From: Kondoa subrosea
Lineage: Eukaryota
Direction of reading: 5' to 3'
NCBI GenBank assembly: GCA_039545335.1
Contig: BCIN01000010.1
Location: 453,804-517,803, forward strand
DNA: 64,000 bases
Under the pieces are notes generated by a model. It ran no database searches. It was not told the origin of the DNA and worked only from the letters and a program-made list of their open reading frames with translations. Position 1 is the stretch's first letter. The number at the start of each line of letters is the position of its first letter. This document shows, piece by piece, positions 13,622-26,796 of this stretch. Both the position numbers and the translations under genes were made by a program.

Positions 13622-15139
13622 ATGGCTCCCGCCGCCATCATTCATACTCTGCTAGCTAGACAAGAGACTACAGCTGCTGTGTCAAGCACCAATGTTGGTC
13701 CAGTTCTCCCATAAGTTGAAGACTCAAGTCTCATGCTTCTCTCTTCCAAGCGACTCGAGCCAAATCATACTCAGGCAGGTCTTTCACTACTTGTTGTTCT
13801 CTATGCCGACTATCAGAGCAGGTCGTAACCCTATGTGTGATAGGAGTCAGTCTTACATCAGCCCATGCACGCTTGACGCTGATTCGATTAGGCCTATGTC
13901 GTCTTTATCGCAATTGCATGGAACGTCTGTACGTCTCACCGCTTTCGTAAGCAGTACCTGGCTGATTGTATTAAAGGGGGATTGAGACATCTTATTTATC
14001 CGTTCAAGCTTCTTACTGTAGCGCTGCATGAATGGTCACATGGTAAAATCGTCTCGATCTAATCATATCTTACTGTAGCTAAATCTTCCGCTTAGCTGCC
14101 GTGGGTTGTTGTACTGGCGCGAGGATTAAGAGCATTACTATTGGTGAGCCATTCCAATCTGATTGGTCGATTAGCTGAGATGATGTCTAGAGCCGAGTGA
14201 GGGAGGTGCAACAATGATGGCTGGAGGAGTAGATGCTTTGACTTTACCGGTAGGTTTTCAACGTTCATTAACAAATCGTATATGTTTGACTCTGGTATCA
14301 CAGGCTGGCTATCTAGGAAGCAGTCTCATAGGAGCTCTTCTAGTGGTGAGACCCGATCTTGAGTCTTTTCTAAGCTTTGGTCCGATGTCATTATTGCTAC
14401 AGTTTGTTGGATTCGACACTAACGCCAGCAAAGTCGCTTCACTCATACTGGGCGGGATGTTCTTGTTCCTACTATGGTGGGCAAGAAAGAGCTGGCTGTG
14501 AGTCTTCTGCTGTTCTCTGAGGTCACGACCTGATGCCAGGTATTCAGCTCAATAGTGGTTGTTCTCGCTGCTGTTGGACTGATAGTAGCTGGATGTGAGC
14601 ATATTTCCTCAAAACCAGGGCTTATCTAATCATTGGTATAGGGTTCATCAAGAACGCTGAACCTTTGCGCTTTATTGTGTAAGCCTAGAATCGCTTGAAA
14701 TCTGTTCCCGAGCTGACTTTTATCGACAACTTAGGCTGTTTATTGGTGTGATGAGCTGTCTGTATAGTCTATTGGACATCTGCGACGAGTACATTCTACC
14801 TGTCTTGTACAAGATCACTAGGCTGAAGTGAATTGTAGTTTGATCTTCCGGAAAGTCAACGAAAGCGACGCATCAGTTTTTGCGAAACGCTTCGGTGGTA
14901 GCAGTCAATGCTGGGGAGTCCTATGGTAAGTTTCGAACATTACTCTCTCGTGACATGCTGAGCTAAAGTCCAGGTTGATTGTGTCTTTCGTCTGCTTGAG
15001 TGTGGCAATACTGGTGAGTGTTGGCGTCAACCTATCCGCTAAGGGATAGCTCATATACCGCTCTTAGGCTGGCCTAGCTGTTTTCAAGGATGACTTCGCG
15101 CAACAGCGGGCAGACAGCAAGACTTTCATACCGACATGA
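13622..15139 (+). CDS. Peptidase M50B-like membrane metalloprotease (about 13 introns)
   Basis: Spliced IYPFKLLTVALHEWSHA (HExxH), EGGAT, LPAGYLGSS and KVNESDASVFA. Confidence 0.88.
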
Positions 15140-15380
15140 TCTGTATTTATTAAACGGACAATTCAGGGTAAATGGACAATGGAGAGTACACTCGTCGAAT
15201 TTGTTGTATAGTGAAGAAGCATACAATGCACTGTTGTGAATGAGCCACTAAATTCTTACAATCCTTTTTGACTTTTGAGCCGAAACCGAAACCCAACGAT
15301 ACCCAGACTCTACTTCTATCATCCCTCTCACCCACTTCTTTCAGTCACTCCCTCAAGCAATACCCAAAACACGATGTCGT

Positions 15381-16104
15381 TCATCGTGCCATAGGTAAAG
15401 CAGGCACCGCGTTTCTCTCCTCATCACCATATCGCTTCGCAGTTTTCAAATTACCCAGACTACTGCTTCTGTTCCGTTTTATTGCAGCAAAATCCAGAGC
15501 ATCTCCTTCCGAAGATCTCCTAGGTAAGGGAATTCGTGCGAACGGATCTTGTTCCTCTTCTGTTTCCTCTTTCTGTTGTTGAACTGGAGCAGAACCGGAA
15601 GAAGGACGGGAACGAGAGATATGAGTTTCTATTCCGGAGCAAAAGCATTTTAAGCACAAGTTTGACGGAAGATTTGCGGATTGTATTACTCACCTCCGAA
15701 ATATGCGTTCAAAGCTTCTATAGCTAGTTCTTCACCACGTCTAGTATTGGCCGTCTCTTCAGTGATTGAACTGAGCGAATTGGACCGAGAAGTATAAAAA
15801 GGTAAAGAAGAGGTAGGTGAAGCAGGCTCGGTCTGAAAATCGTGTCCGAACATCAATACGCAGTTAGCAGAAGGTGAAAGAGCACGCGTACAGGTAGCTC
15901 TTTATCTAAGTAAAGTGGCGGAGCGTCAAAACTATTTCCACTGCAGCAAAAGTCCATGTCCAATTCTTCCGCTGATTTGTTCTTCTTGCTCCGCTTGAGT
16001 GTGAAGAACTTGGAGCGAACAGGCGAAGTAGGGGAGGAAGCGGATGGAGATGTTGGTGTGCTTAACGAGCCTTTTCTAGGCGACAAAGTGAAAGCTTTTG
16101 ACAT
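15381..16104 (-). CDS. Hypothetical disordered Ser/Pro/Arg-rich protein (3 exons)
   Basis: Begins MSKAFTLSPRKGS; two GT-AG introns link it in frame to the ORF ending at 15381. No recognised domain. Confidence 0.6.
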
Positions 16105-16611
16105 ATTGACCGGGTAGCGAGCAGGTGAGGAAGAGGAGCAACGGAGTAAAGGTACGGTGGTCAAAAGCAAGAAGGGGAGCAACAAGCCGGCCCAAGAGGC
16201 AGATAGAAATGTATAGAAAGAATCACGAAAGAATCGAATTTGAATTCCGAAGAAATGAATTGAGCCGACCCCGCGAGGACACATGGGCTGCAGATAGAGT
16301 GCTAGGCTCCAGCTACTGTGCGGTTCTTTGGCCTTACGGCTGAAACATGCCCAATCAAGGCTCAAGCAAGGAGGCTAGTTCGCGTGAGCTAGGACCAGAT
16401 ATACTGCATACCATGCGCATGCAATTCGGGTGCTGACAGGTATTGCGGTCCTACTTTCCGGCGGTTTTGGAATAACGTGCTCCATTCACAATTATTGAGA
16501 TACAAGGGGAATAGACACGTCGAGACAGCTAATACCCAATTACATACTGTACATCTTAGCCAAGCAACACCTGAGTAATAAATCCGGGGAATGTTCATAT
16601 ATCTTGACGCT

Positions 16612-17100
16612 TCATCTAGTAAATTACGTGACGGGGTCAGAACTTTTCGGAGTAGTATGGAAACAGACAGCAACGTACTTCTCAACAGCCTGCCCAGACT
16701 TCTTTCTGCCGAAACTAGCGAGCGAAACAACTGAATCACCCCTCTTGCGCCCAGCTTTGAACCACTTATTTCCCTTTCCAGTCTCTGTTTCCGTTGTCTG
16801 TGATACCGTTTGAGTTGGAGCAGCAACAGGTAAGTCCTCCTCTTCAATTACAACCTCTTCCTGATTGGTATTGAACACTTTGGATTGTCTTCGACTAGGG
16901 ACTTGTTCTACTAGCTCAACACCTTCATTCTCTCGATCCCAATGACTGGTTTGCTTAGGTCTGAAGAGTTGGAAAGAAGAACGTCTGGTTCCTTGATCAT
17001 ATTCATTGCGAGGGATATCCAAAGAAGCAGAACGTTGACTCCCGCTTGAACTGGAACTGGCTATAGATGAATTGCTAGATTTATTGAAGAACCAGACCAT
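16612..17100 (-). CDS. Hypothetical disordered Ser-rich protein
   Basis: ATG ORF MVWFFNKSS...; a probable terminal GTACGT..CTGAC..TAG intron puts the stop at 16612-16614 (unspliced stop at 16624). Confidence 0.55.
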
Positions 17101-18423
17101 AGTGAGGCTTATCGTAGTAAGGTAATTGCTAGTTTGAGAGCAAGATAATAAACGTTTTGCTGTGGGGTTGATTTACACGATGAGGTCAGGTATTCCCAAG
17201 TAGACTGAAGCAATGTGTATTCAAGATAATGTAGGTACATGATGGTATTGCTACTATGCCAGCTCCTCCCTGGATGATTGAGCGTACTTCAATTTACCAG
17301 TATTTCGAGACATATGGGCAAACAGTTCGATGCCACACACACATAGTCTAGATTGAGGTGTAAGCCTTGATACAGTAGGTATAGATCATCGAAGACTCCA
17401 CCTCAGATGCTCCCTCTCGCACGTACGAAACCGGTAAAATTCCATCATCCGTCTGAACCATCATAACTCTCCAGTCTACGTCTGACGGTCAATCTCGCCT
17501 GTATCATATCATCTTGCTTATCCCTTCACTCCAGGCCCGCCTGAGAAATCATTACATTGTGCCTCGCGAAGTTGAACCGAACTCGGTGAAGTATAAAGTA
17601 AAGATATTTCTAGTGGGTGGTCCGAGATACTCTCGTGTGATCTGAGAAGACAAGAAAAAGAGAAGACAAAGAGCAGAGATTGTTGTGCTTGATACAAATA
17701 TTGATCTGAAGGCGACATAATAGGAGTGACCATGACAGATATGGTGAGATGTGTTTATTACGACGAAGAAATCGCATTCCTGGCGCGAAAGACATATAAT
17801 CGGTCGAGCTGACCAGAATGTAATTACCGCTGCACGACTTGTCTTCTTTAATCTAGAAACGACAAGTGATCTTGAAGCCGATGTATCGCAACGAAGGCTA
17901 AGAGATTCGAGCGACACGTGCCCTCTTGCAAAAAGAAGGAAAGTATAAAATGGATCCTACGCATCAAAGGAACTTGGCTGAAATCCACAATGCAAGTCCG
18001 ATCAGAGAGGTGCCAGCGGAATGACCCAACAGAGATATCACGAGGCGACAACGGCTTTAGCGGCATTTTGTTTGGCTCTCACAAATCTTGATTCATTGCA
18101 GGAGAATGAATCTTCCCTTTCAACCAAAGACAGCCTGCATCCATTGAGAAGGATAGTCACCGAGTCCATATATTGCGCTGGCATGATCGTATCGTGTTTG
18201 CGTTATGATTATGATCCGCTTCTACGAAACTAGAAACCGATGACTGGATGGACAGCACTGCCGCTTTAACGGAATTTCCTGCTTTGAAAGGAAGCTTGGT
18301 GAGCAGATTCATGAGCTGATCTTCAACCGAGCGATCTCAAGAAACGGGTTTGAGCAATGCCGCACCCAGTTCTCGTTCGCGATTAACCTTCATATTGAAT
18401 TTGATCGAATACGACGACGAGCT

Positions 18424-21400
18424 ATGCAGCACCCGCCTCCCTTGCATCGTCGCGACTCCTCAGACTATGTATCCATAAGCCGTAACTCTTCCAACAAGCA
18501 GCTGTTCGACCTGAATGTTTGTCAAAAATATCGATAATGTGTGCACACATGTCTTGCTCATCTTTAGCCTACCTAGTCCCGTCCTGCTTCACCTGTTACT
18601 GGTCAATCTTCTACAAGCAGTGGTAACTTCAAATCTCCTTTGCAATCACCTGGACCTGGCATACCGTTTCTACCTCAAGAGCTGAATGGCAGCTCTGGTA
18701 AGGGTAGAGACGAGACTACTGGAGGTTGGTCATGCGATGAACTGCGTATCTTCTTCTCCTCTGATCTCCCTGTAAACAGAGGAACATATTTCGACAGAGC
18801 TTCAGCACCTGTACAGCAGTTTCCAGAAATGCCTTGAGCTGCGGGACAAGTACATAGCTACATCTCGACAGAGATTAGAAGACAATCCCTTGAACTATGA
18901 TGGTTCTTTCAATCCAACACCCGATTCCACTTCTACTTCCTTCACTCTCGAATCTCCATCAGAAGATAATCCTTCTTCTTCTAAACAGCAGCCTAAATTC
19001 AAGAAATGGGACATTTATCCTCCTCCTTTACCACCTCATTGGAATGTAGGGGATGGCGATCCATTTGCTCCAGCAACTCAAAAACCAGAACCATATAAAC
19101 CAGCTGAATTCAACATGGAAGAATGTAATATTCCTGGAACTCATGATTTTGATTACAAGATGGATGAAAAAGGTGTTTATCAAGTTTATGCTTCATCAAA
19201 TTCACCACATGCTTTATACGATGTACCTGATCTGAAGGAATATTTCCAAGATTTGGAGTTCGTCATGGGAGTAGTAGCTGATGGTCCTGCGAAAAGTTTC
19301 GCATTCCGGCGGCTCAAGTACCTTGAAGGGAAATGGAACATGTATGTTCTGTTGAACGAATACCAAGAATTGGCTGCGATGAAGGTGAGGCAAAGATTAT
19401 GTTAGCTCGATATGAGCTTCACTCATATTCTCTCCCACAGAGAGTACCGCATCGCGACTTCTATAACGTCAGAAAAGGTTAGCCAAAATTCCTGACTTGT
19501 ATTGAGATGCTCACATCCTCAAGTGCAGTCGATACACATGGTCAGTAGGCATCTGGTAACTTCATTTCACGTCTGATATTGTATACAGTACATCACTCGG
19601 CAAGCATGAACCAGAAACATTTGCTGCGGTTCATCAAATCCAAGATGAAGCGAAGTCCAGACGTGCGTTCTATTCGGCGGGAGCAAAGTCTGCACTCATC
19701 CTATCCATCTTGTGTACAGGACGTAGTCATTTTCAGAGACGGCAAACATCTTACTCTGCGTCAAGTCTTTGAATCCCTCAACTTAACAGCATATGACCTT
19801 TCCATCGATACCCTAGATATGCACGCTCATCAAGATTCTTTCCATCGGTTTGATAGATTTAACCTCAAGTATTCGCCCATCGGCGAATCTCGTCTCAGAG
19901 AGATCTTCCTCAAAACCGACAATCTGATAGGCGGAACTTATCTAGCAGAAATTACTAAAGGTTGGTCAGATTGTGCTTTCTGCTCGTGCAGAGCTCAGCG
20001 TACCATGTGATTGACAGAGATCTTTGCCGATTTCCACCAAACTAAATATCAAATGGCTGAATACCGAATATCAATATATGGCAAAGGTAAAGACGAATGG
20101 GACAAGCTAGCAAAATGGATTGTCAATAACAAGCTCTTTTCGGATAACGTTCGCTGGCTAATTCAAATTCCTCGTCTATACGATCTGTTTAAAAAGACCG
20201 GCTTGGTCGACAATTTCGCTGATCTGTTGCAAAGTAAGTGAAGAAACGTAACTATCAGGTTCAACGCTGATTACTGTTTCGTGCCTCTTACAGATATCTT
20301 TGGTCCTCTGTTCGAAGTAACTAAAGATCCAGCTAGTCATCCCGAACTTCACATCTTCCTTCAACGAGTGATTGGTATAGATTGCGTCGACGATGAATCC
20401 AAGCCGGAAAGGCGGTAAGTTAAAACAGTTTTTCGCTTTATAAGCTAATCTCCTCCTCCTCCATTAGGCTGTATCGCAAATATCCATTCCCGAAAGATTG
20501 GAGCACATTACAGAACCCACCGTGAGTAATCCGATTTGTCATTGTTGAAATGCTGAAGCTGTCACAGTTACGAGTACTGGATCTACCATCTGTACGCTAG
20601 TATGGCAAGTCTCAATAACTGGCGACATGATCGAGGTTTCAGTGAGTCTTGAACTTGCATGCGATTTCTAGCCTAACAGACTACTACAGATACGCTTGTA
20701 CTCCGGCCACATGCTGGAGAGGCTGGAGATCCGAATCATCTGGTATGTCAATCAGAATATCTTGCAGAGAGCGCTGCTAATGAAGTCCAGATCGCCGCTT
20801 ACTTGACGTCGCATTCGATTTCTCATGGCATACTGCTGCGAAAATTGCCAACTCTACAATATCTCTATTACCTCAAACAGGTGCGGAACGTATTCGTCTA
20901 GCCGTGTGTCGACTAAGACAAGCGCATTACGGACAGATTGGGATAGCCATGTCACCTTTGAGCAATAACGCTCTGTTCTTGACGTATGAACGCAATCCTT
21001 TGCCATCATACTTTAGGTGAGTATAATCGCAGGCTCAGCGCGGTCGAGCTGATCGCAGGGGATAAATAGGATGGGCATGAATGTCAGCTTGAGCACAGAC
21101 GATCCGCTTATGTTCGCCTTCACAAAGGTTTGATTACTCCTTTGCACTTTCGTCTGTGCTCAAAGGAGTTGTGGTTGAACAGGAACCACTGCTGGAAGAG
21201 TACAGTGTAGCTGCTCAAATCTACAAGCTCTCACCTGCCGATATGTGCGAGCTTGCGCGAAATTCAGTCATTCAAAGTGGTTGGGAAATGGAGATCAAGA
21301 AGTAAGACTCTCGCGTATGCATAATGTCATCTCTCACGACGATTTGCAGACATTGGCTTGGTTCTGATTTCCACTTACCTGGAGTAGATGGTAACGATAT

Positions 21401-21769
21401 CTCAAAAACCAATGTACCTGATGTACGGTTGCATCACCGACATACAACGCTGATGGAAGAGCGAGAGATGGTTAGCTTTTCCTCTAGAGATCTTTTGCTC
21501 TCTTATCTTACATGCTATACTAGGTCTGGAAACATAGCGGAGCGCAAGGTCGACCAAGAAGTACTTCAATCGAGCAGCCGAAACACAAGCCACTCGAAAG
21601 AAGAGCTTCCTCCCGCGCTTCTCTTTCCTCTCTTCGACATCTTCACCTGACCATGGCTGGTAACAGCGAATCTCTGGGCGCAGCTGCCATGAACCTGACG
21701 AGCCCGCAATTGTATGGATCGACCGAAGGATTGAATGGGATGGACAACACAGAGAACTTATCATTGTAA
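18424..21769 (+). CDS. AMD1: AMP deaminase (many exons)
   Basis: [41 protein letters not shown] and the SLSTDDP signature. The start position is approximate. Confidence 0.96.
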
Positions 21770-22033
21770 AGATAGGATGAATTACGTCGCTCAGTACTTC
21801 ATTTCAGTTACTACTTTGATTTCCAAGGTTGCCATTGGCCGACGATGTCGAGAATATTGAAACACTCTCGTACCCTTGTTCTGTGCAACGTAGCAGATCT
21901 GTAGATGCTGCTTACTTGCGCGGTTATTCGCCAAGCTCATGCACAAAGGGAGCCATCAGAATGTGCATCTATGAATTTCATTCGGTCTTGCCTTGCTTTC
22001 GAGCTGTACTGTCTGCTCTACTCGTACATCATT

Positions 22034-22787
22034 ATGATTCGTAACAAGACGCTCAAGATCCTGTGCTATCTCTTCGTCTGCTCCAGTGTACTCTGTCAAC
22101 CTCTTCCATCATCAAACTCGCTCATTCTGAGCCGCGGACTTCACATTAGAGCAGAGTCAGTGACGACGGGACATGAATTACCAGGTGGAGAAGAGCCTGA
22201 ACCCATAGAGGAAGAGCACGGAAGCGAAACTGTTGAAGAGAACCCATCTTCTGATCAGTCAACACCTCCGGAGGGCGAACATGGCGAATACAAACCTGAG
22301 CAGGATGACAAGAAAGGAGGGCATGATAGTAAAGGAGAGCACGGCGACAGTAAAGAGTTTGATCAATTTCCAGCTGGTTTGAAAGAAGGGTTCTCGATTG
22401 AGGATAGACAACCTGAGGATCCAAATGCTCCTCATCCTGCGGACCCGTATGCAGCTGATAGTCAATACGATGATGGCGAGTCTATCATACTGCAAATTCG
22501 AAGAAAGCTGAACGGGTGCGACAGGCTCAGAAGATGATACGGGACCTTATGGCAATCGGGATTACTAGTAAGTCACTTGGCATTCATATGTCATTCAAGC
22601 TGAAAACCAACGCAGTTTGTTTCCGGGCATACATGGGCGAAAAGAAGGGAAACGTAATGAACCGTATAGGACTATCGTGAGCTCTAATTCCTGTTGCACT
22701 TCAGTCGAGTCAAACTGACTGTCGACTCTATGATAGGCCTTTATTGCTGTGTCGTTATTCGTATCTGTTGGTGCTCTTCTCGCTTAA
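22034..22787 (+). CDS. Small acidic secreted/surface protein with a signal peptide and hydrophobic C-terminal tail
   Basis: Signal-like MIRNKTLKILCYLFVCSSVLCQPL, a Glu/Asp/Pro/His-rich body and a spliced last exon AFIAVSLFVSVGALLA*. Confidence 0.6.
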
Positions 22788-23385
22788 TGCTGTGCAAACG
22801 AATGCGCGGCCTGTATTTCTGCAAAATATTGCGAGGTCTTCTTTTTTGTCTCGTCCGTCCAGAGCGTCGCTGTGGCATCAAGTGTATCCGCTGGCTGCTC
22901 TTCCAGGTTTCCAAATCTGTCTTTCTCCCTCTCTCCTCTTGAGGCTGACATCTGACAATCTGTCGCGTCTGTCAGGCATGCAGTCACGTTCGCTTCAGCT
23001 TAGGCATAGCCCAAATACTGATTGCTTTTACACAGCAGTCGCGTAATGTTTACTTGAGGTGCTTAGCTGATTGTTGTTTATAAATCCCGCTTTGCATCTA
23101 TATGTCTAGCCACATTGGAAGCAGAATGTGAGAAGGAGAGTTCAGAGCGGCGAGATGCCTTCATCCTGGCAGATGAATTGCGAAGTCTTACTGATCGGGA
23201 CCCTCTAAAGACTTCTTTCGAGCATTTGTTCTTTTGATTTACCATGGCTGATTTCTTACATTCCTCTTCACTGCAACTCTAACACGCAGCATCCTCGTTT
23301 TGCCTTCAGACCAACTCCACACACTCATTTAAACCGACAAGACTATAGACGCACAATATAAACAGAAAATCGCAAGAAACGAGAC

Positions 23386-24605
23386 ATGAGAAGGTCGCCA
23401 GTTACTTCCTTCTTGTGCATATCTGCTTTAGCCCTACCTTGCTTCGCCAACTCCCCTTTATCACCAAGACAAGCAGAACTAGATGTAGCACCAAGTCCAA
23501 GTCCAAGTTCAGCTCAGTCCTCTCCAACTGTTTCTTCTTTCGTCAAGTCTCCAAAAGCATCTCCATCAGCAGCCCTTAATGCATCAGTTATAGTGGATCC
23601 AACTATCGCTGATCCAGATTGGACCTTTCCGCTACCATTCGATACAGTACTAAGCACAAACTTCACTTCTCTTTCCTGTCCTTCTTTCTTCAAACAATTG
23701 TACGTTCTTCTTTCCATTACTGTCCGTATATCGCTCATGATTTATATGATGATAGTCTTTCCGCCCAAGAATTCACTGAATGTCGGCCATTCAGTTTCTT
23801 AATCGATACTTCCCGCGGATTCTTTCAAGCGCAAAAAGATCCACAAACTCTACCTTACGTCCTCAATGGCACTTGCTACGCTCCTCCACATTGTAGCGCT
23901 ACAATGAGTAGTCTAGTTACGAAAATCCAGCAAAACGATATGTGCGTTTCTGTGAACCTTTTAGGCTTTTTTCGGAAGCTGAGGTGTTTTCACATACGCA
24001 CAGATGCGGACAAGATCTTGCAGCTGGAAATACTCTAGCTGAATTGGCTTTGACTGGATTCAAGAACTTTGACATGATGCGTGCGGCGGGTTGTTCGCAA
24101 GATGAGGAAAGCGGAGCATATTGTTTTGCCGAAGCTGCTGTAAGTGGAGAACCGGATGCTTCATACTTCTAGTCAGTCATTCAGCTGTCATGAGAGTGGA
24201 TCGGAAGCTGATATGATGTCTCGAATAGTAATTTGCCGATGGGAACTAGCTTGCCCAGCGGCACCAAGACGGATTGCAACGCTAATAGCTGTACGAAGTC
24301 TCTGATGGAAATATACAGGTCAGTCATGCATCTGTAAGGTTGGCTTGAAGCTGATCTAAGCACATAGTGGATATGCAACCGATACATCGCTCGATATCAG
24401 CAAAACTTACTCTGCAGCTCAAACATTAGTAAATCGAGCATGTAAGGTCCTTTTGTCCGCAATGTGTGCTCTCGAGCTGATTTCGGTTACAGGCGGTCCT
24501 GAATACGCTCAAGTTGCAGCAAAAGAAAGCTCTGCTCTCATCACAATACCTACTCTCCTTTGGCCATCCATACTAGCAGTCATTATATCAATACTCCTAC
24601 TGTAA
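23386..24605 (+). CDS. Conserved fungal Cys-rich secreted, probably GPI-anchored protein (DUF7729-like)
   Basis: Signal peptide, PLPFDT.LSTNFT..SCP.FF, F.ECRPFSFL..TS..FF, regularly spaced Cys and a hydrophobic C-terminus. Confidence 0.7.
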
Positions 24606-24778
24606 TTCAGAAAGGTTGCAACAGTCGTTATATACATTACTGGGTAACGGACTTTTTCGTTTAGGGTTTTGCGAGTGTATGTAAGCATTGTGGGATATTC
24701 ATTATATCGTTATGCATTTTAGTTGAAATATACAAGAGTCAACGGGTATCGGAACAACTGATGATCTTGAGAAAGAGA

Positions 24779-26413
24779 TTACGATTGCCTTTCTAATGCA
24801 TTACCCAGCTCTTGCCAATTGCGCATCAGATCTTCTTCATACACTCTTTCTTTCACTGCTAATTCTCGCAGTACATCGTGCAGCAATGTCGAGCATTTGT
24901 TGAGCCAGACCAATTCGTTCCAAAGGCAGAAACCTGTGCATTACGGTCAGTCACAAATACAACTCATACTTGTAAAACGTACGAATGTATAATCTCCTCT
25001 TCAAGAGCTTCTCAATGGTTGCATTATCTTCAGCAATCTTGGTATTTAGATTCGCGACATCGGTTTCCCAAGTCGGCTTATGTGCCGCTGTAACGCTCTC
25101 GATCTTGGCTTGATGCGATGAAACTCTTCTTCTTAATTTGTCGACAGAATCAGGTGCGAGTTTCTGGTTGTGAACATGTGATCAATATTTTGGATTCACG
25201 CGGAATATGAGGCGGACGTACATCGTGTCGAACGAGCAGATCCCTAAAAGCGGAGTACAACTCCCGATGCATCTTACTTCTTTCTAATGTAGACAAACCA
25301 AAGCTTTCGCTTCTGGTTTGAATCATTTCAGCATGTCGGGCTAAATGTTTGCTGGCATTCTGTTCTACTGGTTCAAGAGTAGAAGAAGATGCAGTACTGG
25401 ATGATAGAGCGACGACGGTACTAAATTGCTCGGCAATTTTGCCATACTCTAGTGCAGCTGTTTCTCTTCTTTTGGCCTGTATATCAATATAAGCGAAGTG
25501 TATGCACCGAATAAGCGCACTTACTGTTCTTTCTAGAGCTTGAGCAATTTTCGTCCACACATCAACCAAACCGAGAAGTTGAGCTTTAAAGGTATCAATC
25601 TTGTCTTCCAGATCGGTTGCTAAGCAGCCATAAGTCTGAGCTATATTCACAGATCCACAAAGCTATTCTCAAACTCACGAACGCTCATCTCTTCCGCTGG
25701 CGATAAAGTTCTTTCGCTCACTTCCTCTTGTAAAGCAGTAGGCATCTTAGTTCGTAATACTTCCACGCTAGGTTCGGTGAAGAAAGATTGAACAATAGCG
25801 TCGACTTTGAAGACTGGATGATTCATGACTGCTTCGCTGTACCGCTGCAAACCTCTTCGCCTTCGTTCAAGGAAATAGCTGTCCTGTATGTTACTTTCGT
25901 CAACCAGCTAATCTAGCTGCAGGAAGAAGTAGAACGTACCACTAGTGCATGCTTGCCATTTATACTAAGTCGTCGCGGAGGTAAAGGAGGTAGAAGTCGG
26001 AAAGAGTAGCGCTTGTGTAAATAGTTATCCAGCCAAGAATAATCGCTGTATCTTCTGATCACCGTAGTTCCTCGATTCTAGACATACCAGTCACATGAAT
26101 ACCACGAGAGCGACAGAACAAGGAGGGCCAAACGGACAAGCAATGTCACTTGATAGACCAGATAATGGCTCAACCAGCTACCTTGAATCTCCGTCTGTAG
26201 AGTAACAGAAATCTTTTCCCATTCTTCTAGAAGGCGTTGCGTCATAGCAGCTGAAGTATCCAATTGCCCATTTGAGACATTCCGAACATGCGATGACGGA
26301 TTATTGTCAATGCTTTCCTGTTCTTCTGGGTCTCTGGTCGTATCATAACTATAACCTTGACTTGGTGCTATATTTGAGGTGTTCCACGGGTCTCCAGCGG
26401 TTAGGGATGACAT
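24779..26413 (-). CDS. MVP1: Sorting nexin Mvp1 (PX-BAR)
   Basis: PX domain VIRRYSDYSWL..YLHKRYSFRLLPPLPPRR and FLERRRRGL, followed by BAR-like helices. Confidence 0.85.
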
Positions 26414-26796
26414 TGCTGTCGTTCGTTGCTTTGGGTCAATGGTATTTCGCAAGGATCGCGAGCATGAGCGTGTTACAGCTTTCGGAGCATACGATACAGA
26501 GCTGTATGAGATGCTATCACGACACAGGAAGTAGATTCGTCATCCCCCGATGTATGCAATCGAAGCCTGATCTGTAATGGACTGGCTTCAACCCAATCTG
26601 AATTCGGCACATGTCAGCATTTCGCAAAGCACGTATGTACTGTGAATAGCTCACCTGCTGAATGTAGAGACCGCAACTCATTCCACTCTTGAAGACTACG
26701 ACTTGCCGAGACATATACCAAAACATCAAACATCAATTGCTTGCTGACTTGCCCCGTACAGAATGCGCTAATTTTTCCATAAAGTTTTCGTAGTCA

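Noticed and set aside
13775..13821. Possible additional GC-AG intron in the M50B gene
   Set aside because: Ambiguous: a nearby GT donor at 13779 with the preceding AG acceptor also preserves the frame.
17101..18423. Unusually long intergenic region, possible ncRNA or transposon remnant
   Set aside because: No tRNA/snoRNA hallmark, terminal repeat or transposase/RT motif is recognisable by eye. An Rfam/RepeatMasker scan would be decisive.
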